A stretch of 63,886 bases of DNA, counting the filler, from Aduncisulcus paluster (Eukaryota): the NCBI GenBank assembly GCA_024181965.1. It is 10 parts of 10 records of this genome, joined end to end, with 100 filler letters (N's around TTAATTAATTAA, not from the genome) between each part and the next. Parts side by side here need not be neighbours in the genome. Positions count along the whole stretch, not along the records: positions 1 to 21,542 come from BQXS01000172.1; 9 more parts are not named here. One strand, written 5' to 3'. Below, piece by piece: positions 1 to 12,152 of this stretch (position 1 is its first letter; each line of letters starts with the position of its first letter). Made by a program: the position numbers and the translations under genes. The notes under the pieces were generated by a model. It worked only from the letters and a program-made list of their open reading frames with translations, searched no databases and had not been told where the DNA came from.

Positions 1-213
1 GTAGACATCGAGGATGACAGCGATAATCTCATTCTCATGGGAACGGATGGCTCTTTCCGCGAAGATCTTGACGCTCCTCATGGCAAACTCGGCGAGGACC
101 TCCGTGCTGCTTTCTCAGCTCTCAACGAAGATTCTGAGGAACTGTTGTGTACTGTTATTAGCGCTCTTGGCAAGGAACGCATTGTAGCTTATCGTGTTGG
201 AAGAGAAGGGTGA
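1..213 (+). CDS. eIF5A: Eukaryotic translation factor eIF5A, C-terminal part (5'-partial)
   Basis: Frame 1 (absent from the ORF track) reads VDIEDDSDNLILMGTDGSFREDLDAPHGKLGEDLRAAF...ELLCTVISALGKERIVAYRVGREG*. This matches the eIF5A C-terminal OB domain pattern (L..dG..reDL.lP.g.Lg..i...f......tV.sAmG.E). TGA at 211-213. Confidence 0.85.
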   Translation, partial: VDIEDDSDNLILMGTDGSFREDLDAPHGKLGEDLRAAFSALNEDSEELLCTVISALGKERIVAYRVGREG

Positions 214-1010
214 AAAGAAGGTCGATAAGAAGGTCGTTGGTGTAACTTATTGATTGTCATTGATAACTGTTCTAGACCCACGTCCTCTTAGCTGTTTGTT
301 TTTGTTTCTTGACTACCTATCTGTTATCTTCTTTAACTAATTGATGATGTTGTTTTTCTCTACTATTTCTGACTATTTTGATGGCCATGTTTCTTATTGG
401 TCATTCTCTCTTCGATCTCTACTTTCTATATTCACCCCTTGATAAATCTTTTTATTTTGTATTAGCACTCTTGCTGATGATCTTCTTACCGTGTGATCCT
501 GGATCTGTCTCCCTTTGTCCCTTTTCTCCCTTCTCTAAGGTGTGTTTGACATGACAGCTCTTTGCGATTCCTCTTTTCTATCTTTCTATCGTCTTTTTAT
601 TGATTTCTTGATACAAGTAAAAAACTGCTTGAAAATGTGAGATAATTTTGACTCAAAATTTTTGAGACAGAATTTACGGTCTCAGAATCACAGATTAAGT
701 TTGAAGAATTTGAATAGTGTGGATTGAATCCCAGAAAACTCTCCCTTTTCTCCTGAAATATCCCATAAACAATAACTTTTCACCGATATGGAACACAATC
801 GAAAATATTTCCAAAAATAAGGTCAGAGCTCTCAATATTTGAAGAAAAGGGATATAAATTGCATGAATCATGACAATACGACAGAATAACAACTATTAAC
901 TTCTTCAAAGCCAGGGGTATATTGTTGAAAAGGTCAAAAGATGATATGGTGAGTTGAAAAAACGATTCAAACAAGAAAGAACATTTGATGATGAATTACG
1001 CGGAAATAAT

Positions 1011-1044
1011 ATAGTATAGTATAGTATTGTATAGTATAGTATAG
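1011..1044. repeat. (ATAGT)n pentanucleotide microsatellite, about 7 units
   Basis: atagt atagt atagt attgt atagt atagt atag read directly. Confidence 0.9.
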
Positions 1045-1579
1045 CTATATTGAATATAAATGAGTGTAAGGTGACAAAATAAAGGCCTAGAAATTTCCAA
1101 TCGGAATGGAACTTCACATCCAGACAGACCGACATGGATCACTATTAAAGAAATAAATTCTACAAAACACACATATATATTGATGAAATACAAATAAAAA
1201 ACGCAGTGAGATGAAGAATTATCTCACGATTTGTATAAAAATGGTCCAGAATGACATTTCAAGAAATCAGAAAAGAATTCATTTTGGAAATATAGCATAA
1301 AGTTTGGCTTTATCCAAAAATGTCTTTTCTTGCGCCAGCCTTCCCTCGCGTTTCGTCAATAAAAGGATCTCACGTGCTTCTCTATCTTCAAAGCCATTTT
1401 CAAGCATTATTCTCATTATTTCATCACTTGGAATACCCCTACTCACATTTTCATACACCCAATCGAGCCATGATTGAGGTGTGGTGTGTTNNNNNNNNNN
1501 NNNNNNNNNNGATGAAGAATTATCTCACGATTTGTATAAAAATGGTCCAGAATGACATTTCAAGAAATCAGAAAAGAAT

Positions 1580-2284
1580 TCATTTTGGAAATATAGCATA
1601 AAGTTTGGCTTTATCCAAAAATGTCTTTTCTTGCGCCAGCCTTCCCTCGCGTTTCGTCAATAAAAGGATCTCACGTGCTTCTCTATCTTCAAAGCCATTT
1701 TCAAGCATTATTCTCATTATTTCATCACTTGGAATACCCCTACTCACATTTTCATACACCCAATCGAGCCATGATTGAGGTGTGGTGTGTTTTAAGTAAT
1801 CATGAAACTCTTTGAATGAAATAACACCATCTCGATCATCATCAATAAGCTCAACCTCCTTAACTTTGCCTTCAATATAAGGTTTAGGGGCACCTTCCTC
1901 TTCTAATACTCTTCTAATTGATCTTTTTGTTAAAAAGCCACGAGTAATCATGTCAACATCATATTTCTTAAATTCAGCGATAACATTCAACGTAGTAATA
2001 TCACCCCGTTCTCGCATAGCTCTAAATTCTCTGTACCTCATTTTGACTCCAATGGGAATTGATCTTTTGGGAGAGTCCGATGATTCAAGAGTGGGTTTTT
2101 GTTTAGCTTCAAGAATAATATCAGTGAGTTCTTGAAGGGATGGATAAAGTCCAAGAGATTTAAAAATCGTTTTTAGTTCAGTTTTAGTGAAATAGTTTCT
2201 TTTGTTCAGGTCGAAAAGCTTCCAGAGTTTTTTTGTTGTCGCCTCTGGCTCAATATATTCCATCACCTCGATATCGGGTTGCAT
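1580..2284 (-). CDS. EF-hand calcium-binding protein (calmodulin-like), 234 aa
   Basis: One canonical EF loop (DDDRDGVISFKEF), degenerate loops (FDLNKRNYFTKTEL; YDVDMITRGFLTKRSI) and a calmodulin-like SLGLYPSLQEL linker. Confidence 0.8.
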   Translation of the reverse strand: MQPDIEVMEYIEPEATTKKLWKLFDLNKRNYFTKTELKTIFKSLGLYPSLQELTDIILEAKQKPTLESSDSPKRSIPIGVKMRYREFRAMRERGDITTLNVIAEFKKYDVDMITRGFLTKRSIRRVLEEEGAPKPYIEGKVKEVELIDDDRDGVISFKEFHDYLKHTTPQSWLDWVYENVSRGIPSDEIMRIMLENGFEDREAREILLLTKREGRLAQEKTFLDKAKLYAIFPK

Positions 2285-2448
2285 TTGTTATGAATATCAA
2301 TATTTTAATAAAATCTGTGGATTCAACCAAGCAATGCAATCAAAACGGAATTTCCAAAACTATTCTTGGCAGGACTAACACTACTAATATAAAACAATAC
2401 AAATAATGGTTTATAGATATTGATTAAAAATAAACATTCGTTTGATAT

Positions 2449-4461
2449 TTATTCCATAGCAGCATCAGCGTTCTTTCTGATTTGTCTACCACCCTTGATA
2501 ATACTATCAACAAGAAGGATTTGACCAACAATAGCGGCTGTGTTCTTGAGCATATTGAACTTAACTCTATAACCATCGAGAATTCCAGCCTCCTTGGCAT
2601 CAATAACAGGAGCACTTACAGTGTGGGGATTGACTTCTTGTTCCAAAGAAATCAGTTCACCCTCCTTCTTTTCCTCAACATATGTTCTTACGCTCTCTTT
2701 TCCTCCAATCATTACACCACATCCAGGTTTACGGCTGAGTTCAACGAAAGTTTCATGAGGATCATACCCACTGTTTTGAGCAAGGATCTTTGGAATGACT
2801 AACAAAGAATCGGCAAAAACGGTTGCACCAAGTTGGGCCCTTCCAGATATGGCTGTTGAAGAAGATCTAATCATGTCATGAATATGCTTTGAACAGGCAA
2901 TTTCAAATGCTCCTCCACCAGGGACAACCTTGCTGGACACAAGCATATTTCTGACAGAGGTAAGTCCATCTCTGAGAGCATCCTTCAACAAAAAGATGGT
3001 GTGTTTGTTGGCACCCTTGAGAAGAACAGTGCATGAGAAAGGATCCTTGACACCTTCAATGAAAGTGAAATGATCTTCACCAATAACCTCAACAAATACA
3101 TGGTCGGCATGTCCAAGACAGGACACATTGGGGACACCATCAGCAGAAATAAGATCTTGAGCAGAAGCCATGGCAAAACCACCACAGGCACGAGTTACAC
3201 GCTCCATATTCCTTCTTTTGGCTCTTCTTACGGCGGAAATACCATGCTTAGCAAGGATTTCATTGGAACGGAGATCGATACCATCTTGGTTAACAACGAA
3301 GAAAGACTCTCCAGGCTTGCACACAGCTTCCTTTAATTTAACAATTTGCATACATCTGGCATCAACAACGTCAGTTTCTCCCCTAACGAGCTCAGCACGC
3401 TCATCAGCATTCTTGTATTCCATAACAGACTCGGATTCAGTTTTCTCGTATTCCAAAAGGATGTTACAACATAAAATGTGAACATTGTGCATGTCAGTAG
3501 GCATTTCACTATGTTTCAGCCCATGATCGAGAACAAGACCCTTGATCAATTTGGTGTGGGTATCAGAACGATGTTGCATAGCGAGAACTTCAACCATATT
3601 CAGATCGAGCTCAGAGAATTTCAAAGTAGGATATACAGTGGGCTTTCCTTCTTCAATAACTTCCTCTTTCTTTTTACGTACTGTTAAAACAGCCTCAACA
3701 CAATATTCAGCGAACTTACGAGCCATAGCAGGACGCAATTTAGTGTTTAAAGCAGTGTAAGCAACATCAAGAAGGAGTTCTTTTGTGATGGGTTTATCAA
3801 TAGCAGTCTCATCAAGGAATTTAACAGCCAAATCAGCAGCTTTCTCAAGACCATGAACAAGAACTCTGGGGTGAACTCCATCTCTAATAAAACGCTCTGA
3901 TTCACTAAGCATAGAGGCAATGAGAAGAATAACACTCGTAGTTCCATCTCCAGTTATATCATCTTGAGCAATAGCCGTTTGTCCGATCAATTGAGCGATT
4001 GGAGAAATAATATGCTAAGGTAAATAAAAAACATTAATGCAACGAAAAATATTAGAAAAATGAGCATTTAACAAAAAGTCAAAACGGAAAATTAATCATT
4101 AAGACAAATCAATTATTTCATTGAATGAATTCAAATAAAACATACCATTTCTTTAAGTAAAACAGCACCATCCTTTGTTAATTTAAGTTCTCCAGCACCA
4201 GAAACAAGCCTAAAATAATAAATACATTCGAAGGAAAGGAAATGGAAACGCGATTTGTTAAGTTGGCAAAAAATGCATTAAAATAAGATAAAAAAGTTGC
4301 AATTAAATTAATAAACAAACATACATCTTTTGGGTTCCTGAAGGTCCTAAACTACCTTTCATTACATCGCCGAGACTCTTACCAGCAGAAATGTTCATAT
4401 TAAGAGCTGATTGTTGGCCCATTACCTCAGCGCGAGGATTTAAATCTTGAAGTGCAGACAT
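2449..4461 (-). CDS. CCT6: T-complex protein 1 subunit zeta; exons 4461-4325, 4209-4146, 4014-2449; about 588 aa
   Basis: Splicing two GT-AG introns restores MSALQDLNPRAEV...[57 protein letters not shown]. Zeta-type motifs LVLDHG, LEYEKTE and RRAKRRNMER are present. Confidence 0.95.
4015..4145 (-). other. Spliceosomal intron 2 of CCT6 (131 nt)
   Basis: Donor GTATGT, acceptor CCTTAG, AT-rich; removal restores the conserved frame. Confidence 0.9.
4210..4324 (-). other. Spliceosomal intron 1 of CCT6 (115 nt)
   Basis: Donor GTATGT, acceptor TTTTAG; splits the ATG codon of the conserved KMLVSGAG. Confidence 0.9.
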
Positions 4462-4631
4462 TTTTTGTTATAACAATAAATAAGCTCAACAAATGTAGAT
4501 ATCATTGATTGCTTGGATTTGTCGGTATATTCATCGGTTTTGGCCGATTCATATTGGCGCCTTCAGATATCTGCCGTTTTTTCGCTAAGCTCCAGTTAAC
4601 ATTCATTTGTAAAAGCACAAAATTTGATATA
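4462..4631. promoter_or_regulatory. Putative bidirectional promoter region between CCT6 and centrin
   Basis: Head-to-head start codons about 170 nt apart; promoter function inferred from arrangement only. Confidence 0.5.
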
Positions 4632-5253
4632 ATGCATCCTATGTCTTATTCTCAACCTAAATATCCAGCTCACCGTCGTACTGTTCGTCATGAAGTTACA
4701 GAGGAGCAGAAGCAAGAAGTTCGCGAAGCATTTGATTTATTTGACACTAACAAATCGGGAACTATCGATTTCCATGAATTTCGTGTTGCTATGAGAGCCT
4801 TGGGTTTTGATGTTACAAAAGAACAAGCTACCACTCTGATGTCGGAATATGACAGAGATAGAACAGGTGAATTAACTGTGGAGGATTTCCTTTCAATCAT
4901 GGAAGAGAAAATTGCTACTCGTGATCCCGAAGAAGAGATGGCTAGAGCTTTTGCTTTATTCGATGATGATCAAACTGGTAAAATATCCATTAAGAATCTC
5001 AAAAGAGTTGCTAAAGAATTAGGTGAACCCTTAACGGAGGATGAAATGCGTGCTATGATTGAAGAATATGATAAAGATGGTGATGGTGAAAGTATGTTGT
5101 TTTTGTCTTGTTTTAAGAATGTTTTGATTTTTATACTTTTATTCAGAAAGTTTATTTACTCCAATTTGTTTAATAATTTATTTATTTTATGTAATTTCTA
5201 TTATAGTCAGCAAGGAAGAGTTTTTGGCAATTCTCCGGTCTAGTTCTTTCTAA
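4632..5253 (+). CDS. CETN3: Centrin (centrin-3/Cdc31 type); exons 4632 (or 4641)-5091 and 5207-5253
   Basis: [16 protein letters not shown]...[17 protein letters not shown] and [27 protein letters not shown]. Splicing completes EF4 as [22 protein letters not shown]. Confidence 0.88.
5092..5206 (+). other. Spliceosomal intron of centrin (115 nt)
   Basis: GTATGT donor, TTATAG acceptor, T-rich; removal restores EF-hand 4. Confidence 0.9.
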
Positions 5254-5633
5254 GAATGTGATATTTTAAAAATGAAAAGGAAAATCGAAACAAATAAATA
5301 ATTATTTTCAACTGTACTCCTTTATTATATTACTTTATAAATCCATCTTTTCACCTTCTCTCCCAGTGCTTAATCTTGTGGCAGGGCTGTAGAACATACC
5401 TTCTTTTGTTTTCCACACAGATACTAATTCTTTTCCTCTTCTTCCACCAAGAGCAACAACAACCTCCCTATGTCCAGCAATAGGACGATTATATTTTCCT
5501 TCAGAGGAAGTCAGAAAGGTCAGAGTTGAAATATTCTGGAATTTAATAAATCTTTCACTATNNNNNNNNNNNNNNNNNNNNAATCGAAACAAATAAATAA
5601 TTATTTTCAACTGTACTCCTTTATTATATTACT

Positions 5634-6314
5634 TTATAAATCCATCTTTTCACCTTCTCTCCCAGTGCTTAATCTTGTGGCAGGGCTGTAGAACATACCT
5701 TCTTTTGTTTTCCACACAGATACTAATTCTTTTCCTCTTCTTCCACCAAGAGCAACAACAACCTCCCTATGTCCAGCAATAGGACGATTATATTTTCCTT
5801 CAGAGGAAGTCAGAAAGGTCAGAGTTGAAATATTCTGGAATTTAATAAATCTTTCACTATGCCACACGTTTTCTTTGCGTTTAACATCTTCTTTGCCACA
5901 AATAACCCTCCATACAGAACCAGTAGGGATGAATTCATTTGAGGCACTTACTTCAGTTTGTTGTGATAATGGGGATAAATAAAAGGATTCAGCTGTTAAA
6001 TAAGTATCTGTCCCCGTATGTTTCATGAAAATTGTATCACCACATGCAACAGGACGACCATACCCGAATGATGATTCAGATGGGAGAATCAGCCATGAAT
6101 TATTTGAGTCATCTTCAAGATTAAATGTTGTAACAACTTGTCTCTTACTACCTGAGGCATAATTAATTGGAGATGAGTGGAGTTTCTCTTTTGTTTGCTG
6201 ATTTTCTAACTGGACAACACTACCATAGGTAACTGCCATTGTATCATCACAAATAACACAAGAAAAAAGAAATGTTATGATACTTAAAGATAAACAAATT
6301 TTAAATAATCTCAT
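5634..6314 (-). CDS. SDF2: Stromal cell-derived factor 2-like MIR-domain ER protein
   Basis: Signal peptide MRLFKICLSLSIITFLFSCVIC, then VTYGSVVQL...LHS..INYASGSKRQVVT, DDSNNSWLI, GRPVACGDTI, SPLSQQTEVSA, YNRPIAGHREV, WKTKEG, all characteristic of SDF2/SDF2L1. Confidence 0.9.
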   Translation of the reverse strand: MRLFKICLSLSIITFLFSCVICDDTMAVTYGSVVQLENQQTKEKLHSSPINYASGSKRQVVTTFNLEDDSNNSWLILPSESSFGYGRPVACGDTIFMKHTGTDTYLTAESFYLSPLSQQTEVSASNEFIPTGSVWRVICGKEDVKRKENVWHSERFIKFQNISTLTFLTSSEGKYNRPIAGHREVVVALGGRRGKELVSVWKTKEGMFYSPATRLSTGREGEKMDL

Positions 6315-6838
6315 CGTTATCACAATCACACCCAAAGAAGAGATTTAAAAAAGGTCTGACATCCAGTAATAATACAAGCTTCATTCTGTTATTTTTTGTT
6401 GATCGATAAGGTGTAAATCACCAAGTTGTTTAAAAGATGGCAATTAATAGGTTTCAATGATGGTCAGTGTTGGGGGATGGATAAGCCGATTTGTAAAAGA
6501 TAAACATGNNNNNNNNNNNNNNNNNNNNTGCTGATTTTCTAACTGGACAACACTACCATAGGTAACTGCCATTGTATCATCACAAATAACACAAGAAAAA
6601 AGAAATGTTATGATACTTAAAGATAAACAAATTTTAAATAATCTCATCGTTATCACAATCACACCCAAAGAAGAGATTTAAAAAAGGTCTGACATCCAGT
6701 AATAATACAAGCTTCATTCTGTTATTTTTTGTTGATCGATAAGGTGTAAATCACCAAGTTGTTTAAAAGATGGCAATTAATAGGTTTCAATGATGGTCAG
6801 TGTTGGGGGATGGATAAGCCGATTTGTAAAAGATAAAC

Positions 6839-9800
6839 ATGCCTTCAATTCGAAAAAGGTTATTATCTTCATGCAAAAATATCATAAAAAATGTTATTAG
6901 CGTTCGGAAAGATCGTCACCTCTCTACACCAATTTCATACACTAAAAGCGTTATTGTAGATAAAAAAGCGATATCTTCAAGCATCTTTCCCGATTTATTA
7001 TGTTCCATATTCGATAATAATCCTGTTTCATGTATTAAAACAATTAGTCAAGTCCGTGAAATATATCATTCTATTAAAATTTGTTTATCAACGTCTAATA
7101 TCTCAAGAGGTGCCATAGAAAATATGACTGAAGCCAAGCAACAACTTGAAGCATCTCATAAAATAATGGAAGAATTATATTCATCAGCTAGTGATCGAGA
7201 CTTAAGAGAATTTGTTGATTACTCTCCGAAATCTATAGAACGACCTCCAACACCCTTTATGGTTTCAGAAACTGAAATTTCACATCAATTATCATTCATA
7301 TCAAAAGCAAAATCAGATCAAACGATAAATTTTAGTGTCATAATCAAAGCATTGCGTTATCTCCGTGATATTTGGAAACAAGCATGTACAACTCCTGAAT
7401 TTATTATAAATAAGAAGTCTTCAATTGATGATTTGCATTCTATTGAATCAGAACTCTGCTTTCAGATTGTTACGTGTATCTGTTCCTGCGAATCCCTCGA
7501 AGAGGCCAATATGTGCTGTTCGTGTCTATTTTACCTTATAAACTTACGCAGTATTTCTATTTTACAGAAGTCCATGTCAGATATATCAGCCACATATTTT
7601 TATCACATGACATTCGATCGAGATGATACCGAAGACATAGATGATCCAGCTTCATCCAGGTATGGGGATGGTCATTCTCACCCACAGCGTTCTTCACTGC
7701 CTCTTTACATCGTTGAACGTCTATGTGGTGTCATGAACTCTGCATATGATCGCTGGTGGGAAGTTGAATGGGAAAGGAGTGTAGAGGCCTCTCTTAGTGC
7801 GGATGAAAGGGGAGCCCAGTCGTTTCACATGTGGTCTTCGGGGACCACTCCAAAGATTTCTGTAGATTCTGCGCCAAAAGAAGTGGATGAAGTTGTTATT
7901 GGGGAAGAGGATGATCCTTCAGATATTGATGTTACAGCTTCAAAAGGTGCATCTGGCTCATCAACAGTATCCACAAACCCAGAAATATCCAATAGAGAAT
8001 TGAACTCCAGTCTCGGTTCCGACAGGAAGGAACTTTTTGATCATTCTCCCCTTGACACTGCTCTTCAGAATGTTCTGATGAAGTCCTTCTCTACGCTGGG
8101 ATCTCTCGTGCAGGTGTTGATATGCATTTCAATAGGAACTGATGTCATTGAGAAGAAGAGGGATGACTCCAAGAAATTGGAGGATAGTGACTCTGGATTC
8201 ACTCTTCCTGCCATGAACGCTGCTTTTTCGACGTTAACAAAGGCTCTACGGAGTGTTTTGAGTATGAGTTTCAGTGACAGCCGTGAGAAACGTATTCTAG
8301 AGCGTCGCAAGAGAGAGCGAGAACACAGAAGAAATCCTTCAAGGTCCGTCCTTCCGGTTGTACCTGAAGAAACTGCAATTTATATTGATAAACATGCAAT
8401 CCCTGATCAAAAAGAGGAAAATAATGAGGACATTGATGATTCTCAACGCGAATCAAAAATTATTGACTCTGGCAATCATAATGTCCCTAATTATAATGAG
8501 AATGAAACCCTGGAAGAGAAAGAGATCTCTGAACGCATTGAAATTCCTTCTACTGTTCCCATGACGGACCCCAAAGATACCACTGAAGACGATATTGATT
8601 CTGATTCCAAGGATAAGGATCCTACGATCTCAAGGGTAATAATTCCAGAGCCTAAAGAAATTATAGATTCAAAGATCGCCCAAAGTGGAGCTGATGTTGA
8701 TCTAGATATCAAAGACTCAAAGGAAGAAGAGGAAGAAGAGGAAGAAGAGGAAGAAGAGGGAGATATGAGAGATATCAAGGATGACAAGGAACGTGAGAAG
8801 AAAGAGGAAGATGTTGAACTCAGTGATAATGGAGATGAGGATACAGTTGTAATCCATGATGAGGAAGACAGGCACGACTCTGAGTCTCATTCTCTGCCGA
8901 CATATATGGATCAGAGTCAGGAATCGTTCTCATCAGTGGATATTCTCTCCACAAATGCATTATCCTCCCTGCCACCCCCCTTATTGTTTCCTTCAAAGGA
9001 GCTTCTTGATCTCGTGATTCTCCTCTCTCTCTCTGTCGTTGTGTGCTCACTCGAACGCAGGGAAACCTTTGATCTCTGTTGCAGAGTCCTATCCCTCGTG
9101 TGCGAGAGATCCAAGAGGAAAGATGAGCAACTTCAAGCTATGGGAAAGGAAGGAGATACGTTATTTGCTTGGGTCTCACGATTCAACGAAGGCATAACTT
9201 CATCCTCGTCTTCGTCTCCTGCAGGTTCCTCTGCCCACGGCACTGTTTCCTCTGATAAATTCTATTCTGTCATGTCTAGTAATTCTCTATTACTTCAGCT
9301 TGATACTATTTTCTCTTGTCTCGCCATTAGTGGGTGTATTGATGAGATAGTTAGCCTTATCTTGCAACCGAAAGTGATATTTAAAAAGAGGAAACGCGAT
9401 GCCACGGTGTTTTTCGATTCGTTCTCCACCTCGTTTTCATTGCCTTTGCTTCTCCCCTTCCTTGCATCCCATCTCTGTCTTGCCCTTGAAAACCTCAGTT
9501 CTGAGGGGCTCATGTGTCTTTTGGTCCCCGGTTCCTGTGTGGATGATCTCCTTGTTAAGCTCACCCATCCCGTAAAGGGGAAGTCATACGGTCACCTTCG
9601 GAGTGACTCCTTGTGTGGGAGCGGTCGTGTAAGTTTAAAGTTAAATATTCCCAGTGAAAGTGAAGGAGACGGTGAGCATGAAGAAGAGGAAGAGGAAGAG
9701 GAAGAGGAAGAGGAAGGACATAAGAAGGAAAGTGTGACGGAAGAAGAAGACTTTGGTGACGAGGCCAATCCGTATGGTGAGGATCAGCCTTATACAAAGT

Positions 9801-12110
9801 CTAAGACAGAAACTGCAAGTGAGCCCACCCAATTCACACTGACATTACCAGGATCTTCTATGATATTCACTGAAACTGAAGATANNNNNNNNNNNNNNNN
9901 NNNNAAAGTTAAATATTCCCAGTGAAAGTGAAGGAGACGGTGAGCATGAAGAAGAGGAAGAGGAAGAGGAAGAGGAAGAGGAAGGACATAAGAAGGAAAG
10001 TGTGACGGAAGAAGAAGACTTTGGTGACGAGGCCAATCCGTATGGTGAGGATCAGCCTTATACAAAGTCTAAGACAGAAACTGCAAGTGAGCCCACCCAA
10101 TTCACACTGACATTACCAGGATCTTCTATGATATTCACTGAAACTGAAGATATCTTGATGGATATTGAAGAGGATTCTGAGAATGAGGGAGAGGAAGAAG
10201 AAGAAGAGGAAGAGGAAGAGTCATTCTCCCCGCTGGAAGAAGAGGAAGAGGAGAAAGGAGATGGTGTATTCGCTGCTTTCTCTTTCCCTGAAATAGATGT
10301 GAATGAAGAACATCAAGGAGAGCTGGTTATTGGTGATTATAGTACGAAAGACCTGAGTCTTGCAGACGGATATGATGATGAAGCTCTTCCTTCAACTACG
10401 ACTGCCACTTCATCTCATTTCTCTGATGCTGACTCTGGAGGAAAGGATGATGGACTTAACTTTGATATCCCTGTGGTGGATGTCAAACCATCAGTACCAG
10501 TTGTGCATCCTCCATCTATGGAACTTCCAAAACTATCAATGAATCTTGCTCCTCATATTCCTTCAGCGCTTCCATCTCCTCCTCCTCGTCGTGGGCCCAA
10601 CCTTCTTTGCCCGATGCACCGTGGAAGTGTGTCCGAGTTGCATGAGGCTACAGGTGATGACGGTACTGTTATGTTGATGATCGATGACGACGCCGGCGGT
10701 AGTGTGGAAGATGTGGGTGACGGAGAGATGTCCTGTGCTCAAGAGAATTCCATTTCAATCTCTGATGTTCTGAATACACTTAAATCTCACTCTTCGAAGG
10801 GGACTCCACTCTCGCTTGACCCTCAGCACCTCCAATTGCTCTCTGAGTGTTGTGTCATGGTATTAGTCCGTGTATGTTCAATGGCTGTGAAATGTGCATC
10901 CATGTTTGATGTATATAAGGCTACTTTGCTCAGATGGGGCCAGGAAAGGCAAAGAAGGATGAAATTATCCAGAAGCAGTGAACCTGTTGATAAAAATAGA
11001 ACCAAACTTTCTTCCTCATCTGATATCGGTGTCACTGACTCAGAAGAAGATGAATTCGAACCTTTGATCGACATTCCCAAAGTGTCTGATGATTCCAGAT
11101 TCGTGTGTACGAACTACGTATCTCGAGTTCTTAATCAATTGTGTTCCAAACCCTCATTATCCGACAAAGTTAATATGCATCCAAAATATTACACTGATCT
11201 AAAAATAGAAACTTCTATTTGGGTATGTGAGGGAATTATTGAGAAATGTGTCTCGATGATTGAGGAAGAAAGAGAAATGGTTCGTCTTGAAAGAGAGCAA
11301 AGAGAGGAAGAGATGCGATTGATGCCTCCTCCAAAGTGGCGACGAGTGGAGTGTCAGCCTTCCATGCTTGGTTCCCCACGCTATGGCCAAGGTTCGAGTC
11401 CCTTACATCCTCCCCAAGAGTCTACATCCCCCAAGATGTCTTTATCCATCCCTCCTGGGACTCCATACGTTTCGAGCTATGATAACACAGATGTTCCAGA
11501 TATAACTTCGCTTTCTCCACTGCCGCCGCCCATTCCTTTTGCTCTCTCGCTTTCTCTTGTTTTACATAAGTGCAATTTCATGACACTCTCATTCCTTAAC
11601 ATTTTCTCCCTGTTTGGTGTTGTTTACGGTGGAAAGGCCAACAAACCTGATCCTGCAGCCATTCATGAGGAACCCGACAAGTCTCCTTCATTATCTCATT
11701 CTCAGTCAGATCAGAGCAAGGATCATGTGAGAGTTGAGGAAGATCAAGACTCTTCATATGAGTATGAATCTGTATATGATGATCCTTCCATCAGCGCTCC
11801 GCAGGGACTTGTGGATTCCTTCAATCCTCCGACTCCAGCGGCATTCTCGGCGAGTCATTTCGTCATTCCTTCAACACACGCCATCTCTCGCTATGGTGTT
11901 CGTGTGGCTGAATGGACAGAGAATATTGCTAAGAGAGGAATCGGAATTGGTTCCATTGGATGTGGTGCTAGTTCTTTGTTCTCGGATAAAATAGGGAAAC
12001 TAAGCATATACGAACGATTGTTCGAGGTTCGTCTTGATAGATCGGGTGCTCCTGGTGAGACTATGGTCCAATCAATGACAAAAAGTTCACCCAAAGAAAC
12101 TAACATCACA

Positions 12111-12152
<42 letters not shown>

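Noticed and set aside
695-1200. Short ORFs and possible stop-codon reassignment
   Set aside because: No coherent protein in any frame. Conserved genes end in TAA or TGA and long ORFs lack in-frame stops, so the standard code fits.
1210-1791. Direct duplications of about 180-300 nt around 20-N gaps (1491, 5562, 6509, 9885, 25716, 30874, 35856, 53758, 56927)
   Set aside because: Each gap is flanked by essentially identical sequence, the pattern of unmerged scaffold overlaps rather than biological repeats.
4509-5243. 244-aa centrin with hydrophobic N- and C-terminal extensions as in the ORF track
   Set aside because: The N-terminal extension comes from a TTG start, and the C-terminal one is read-through of the 5092-5206 intron.
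5335-6668. Apparent extra partial SDF2 copies (5335-5610, 6444-6668)
   Set aside because: They are the overlap duplicates at the 5562 and 6509 gaps.
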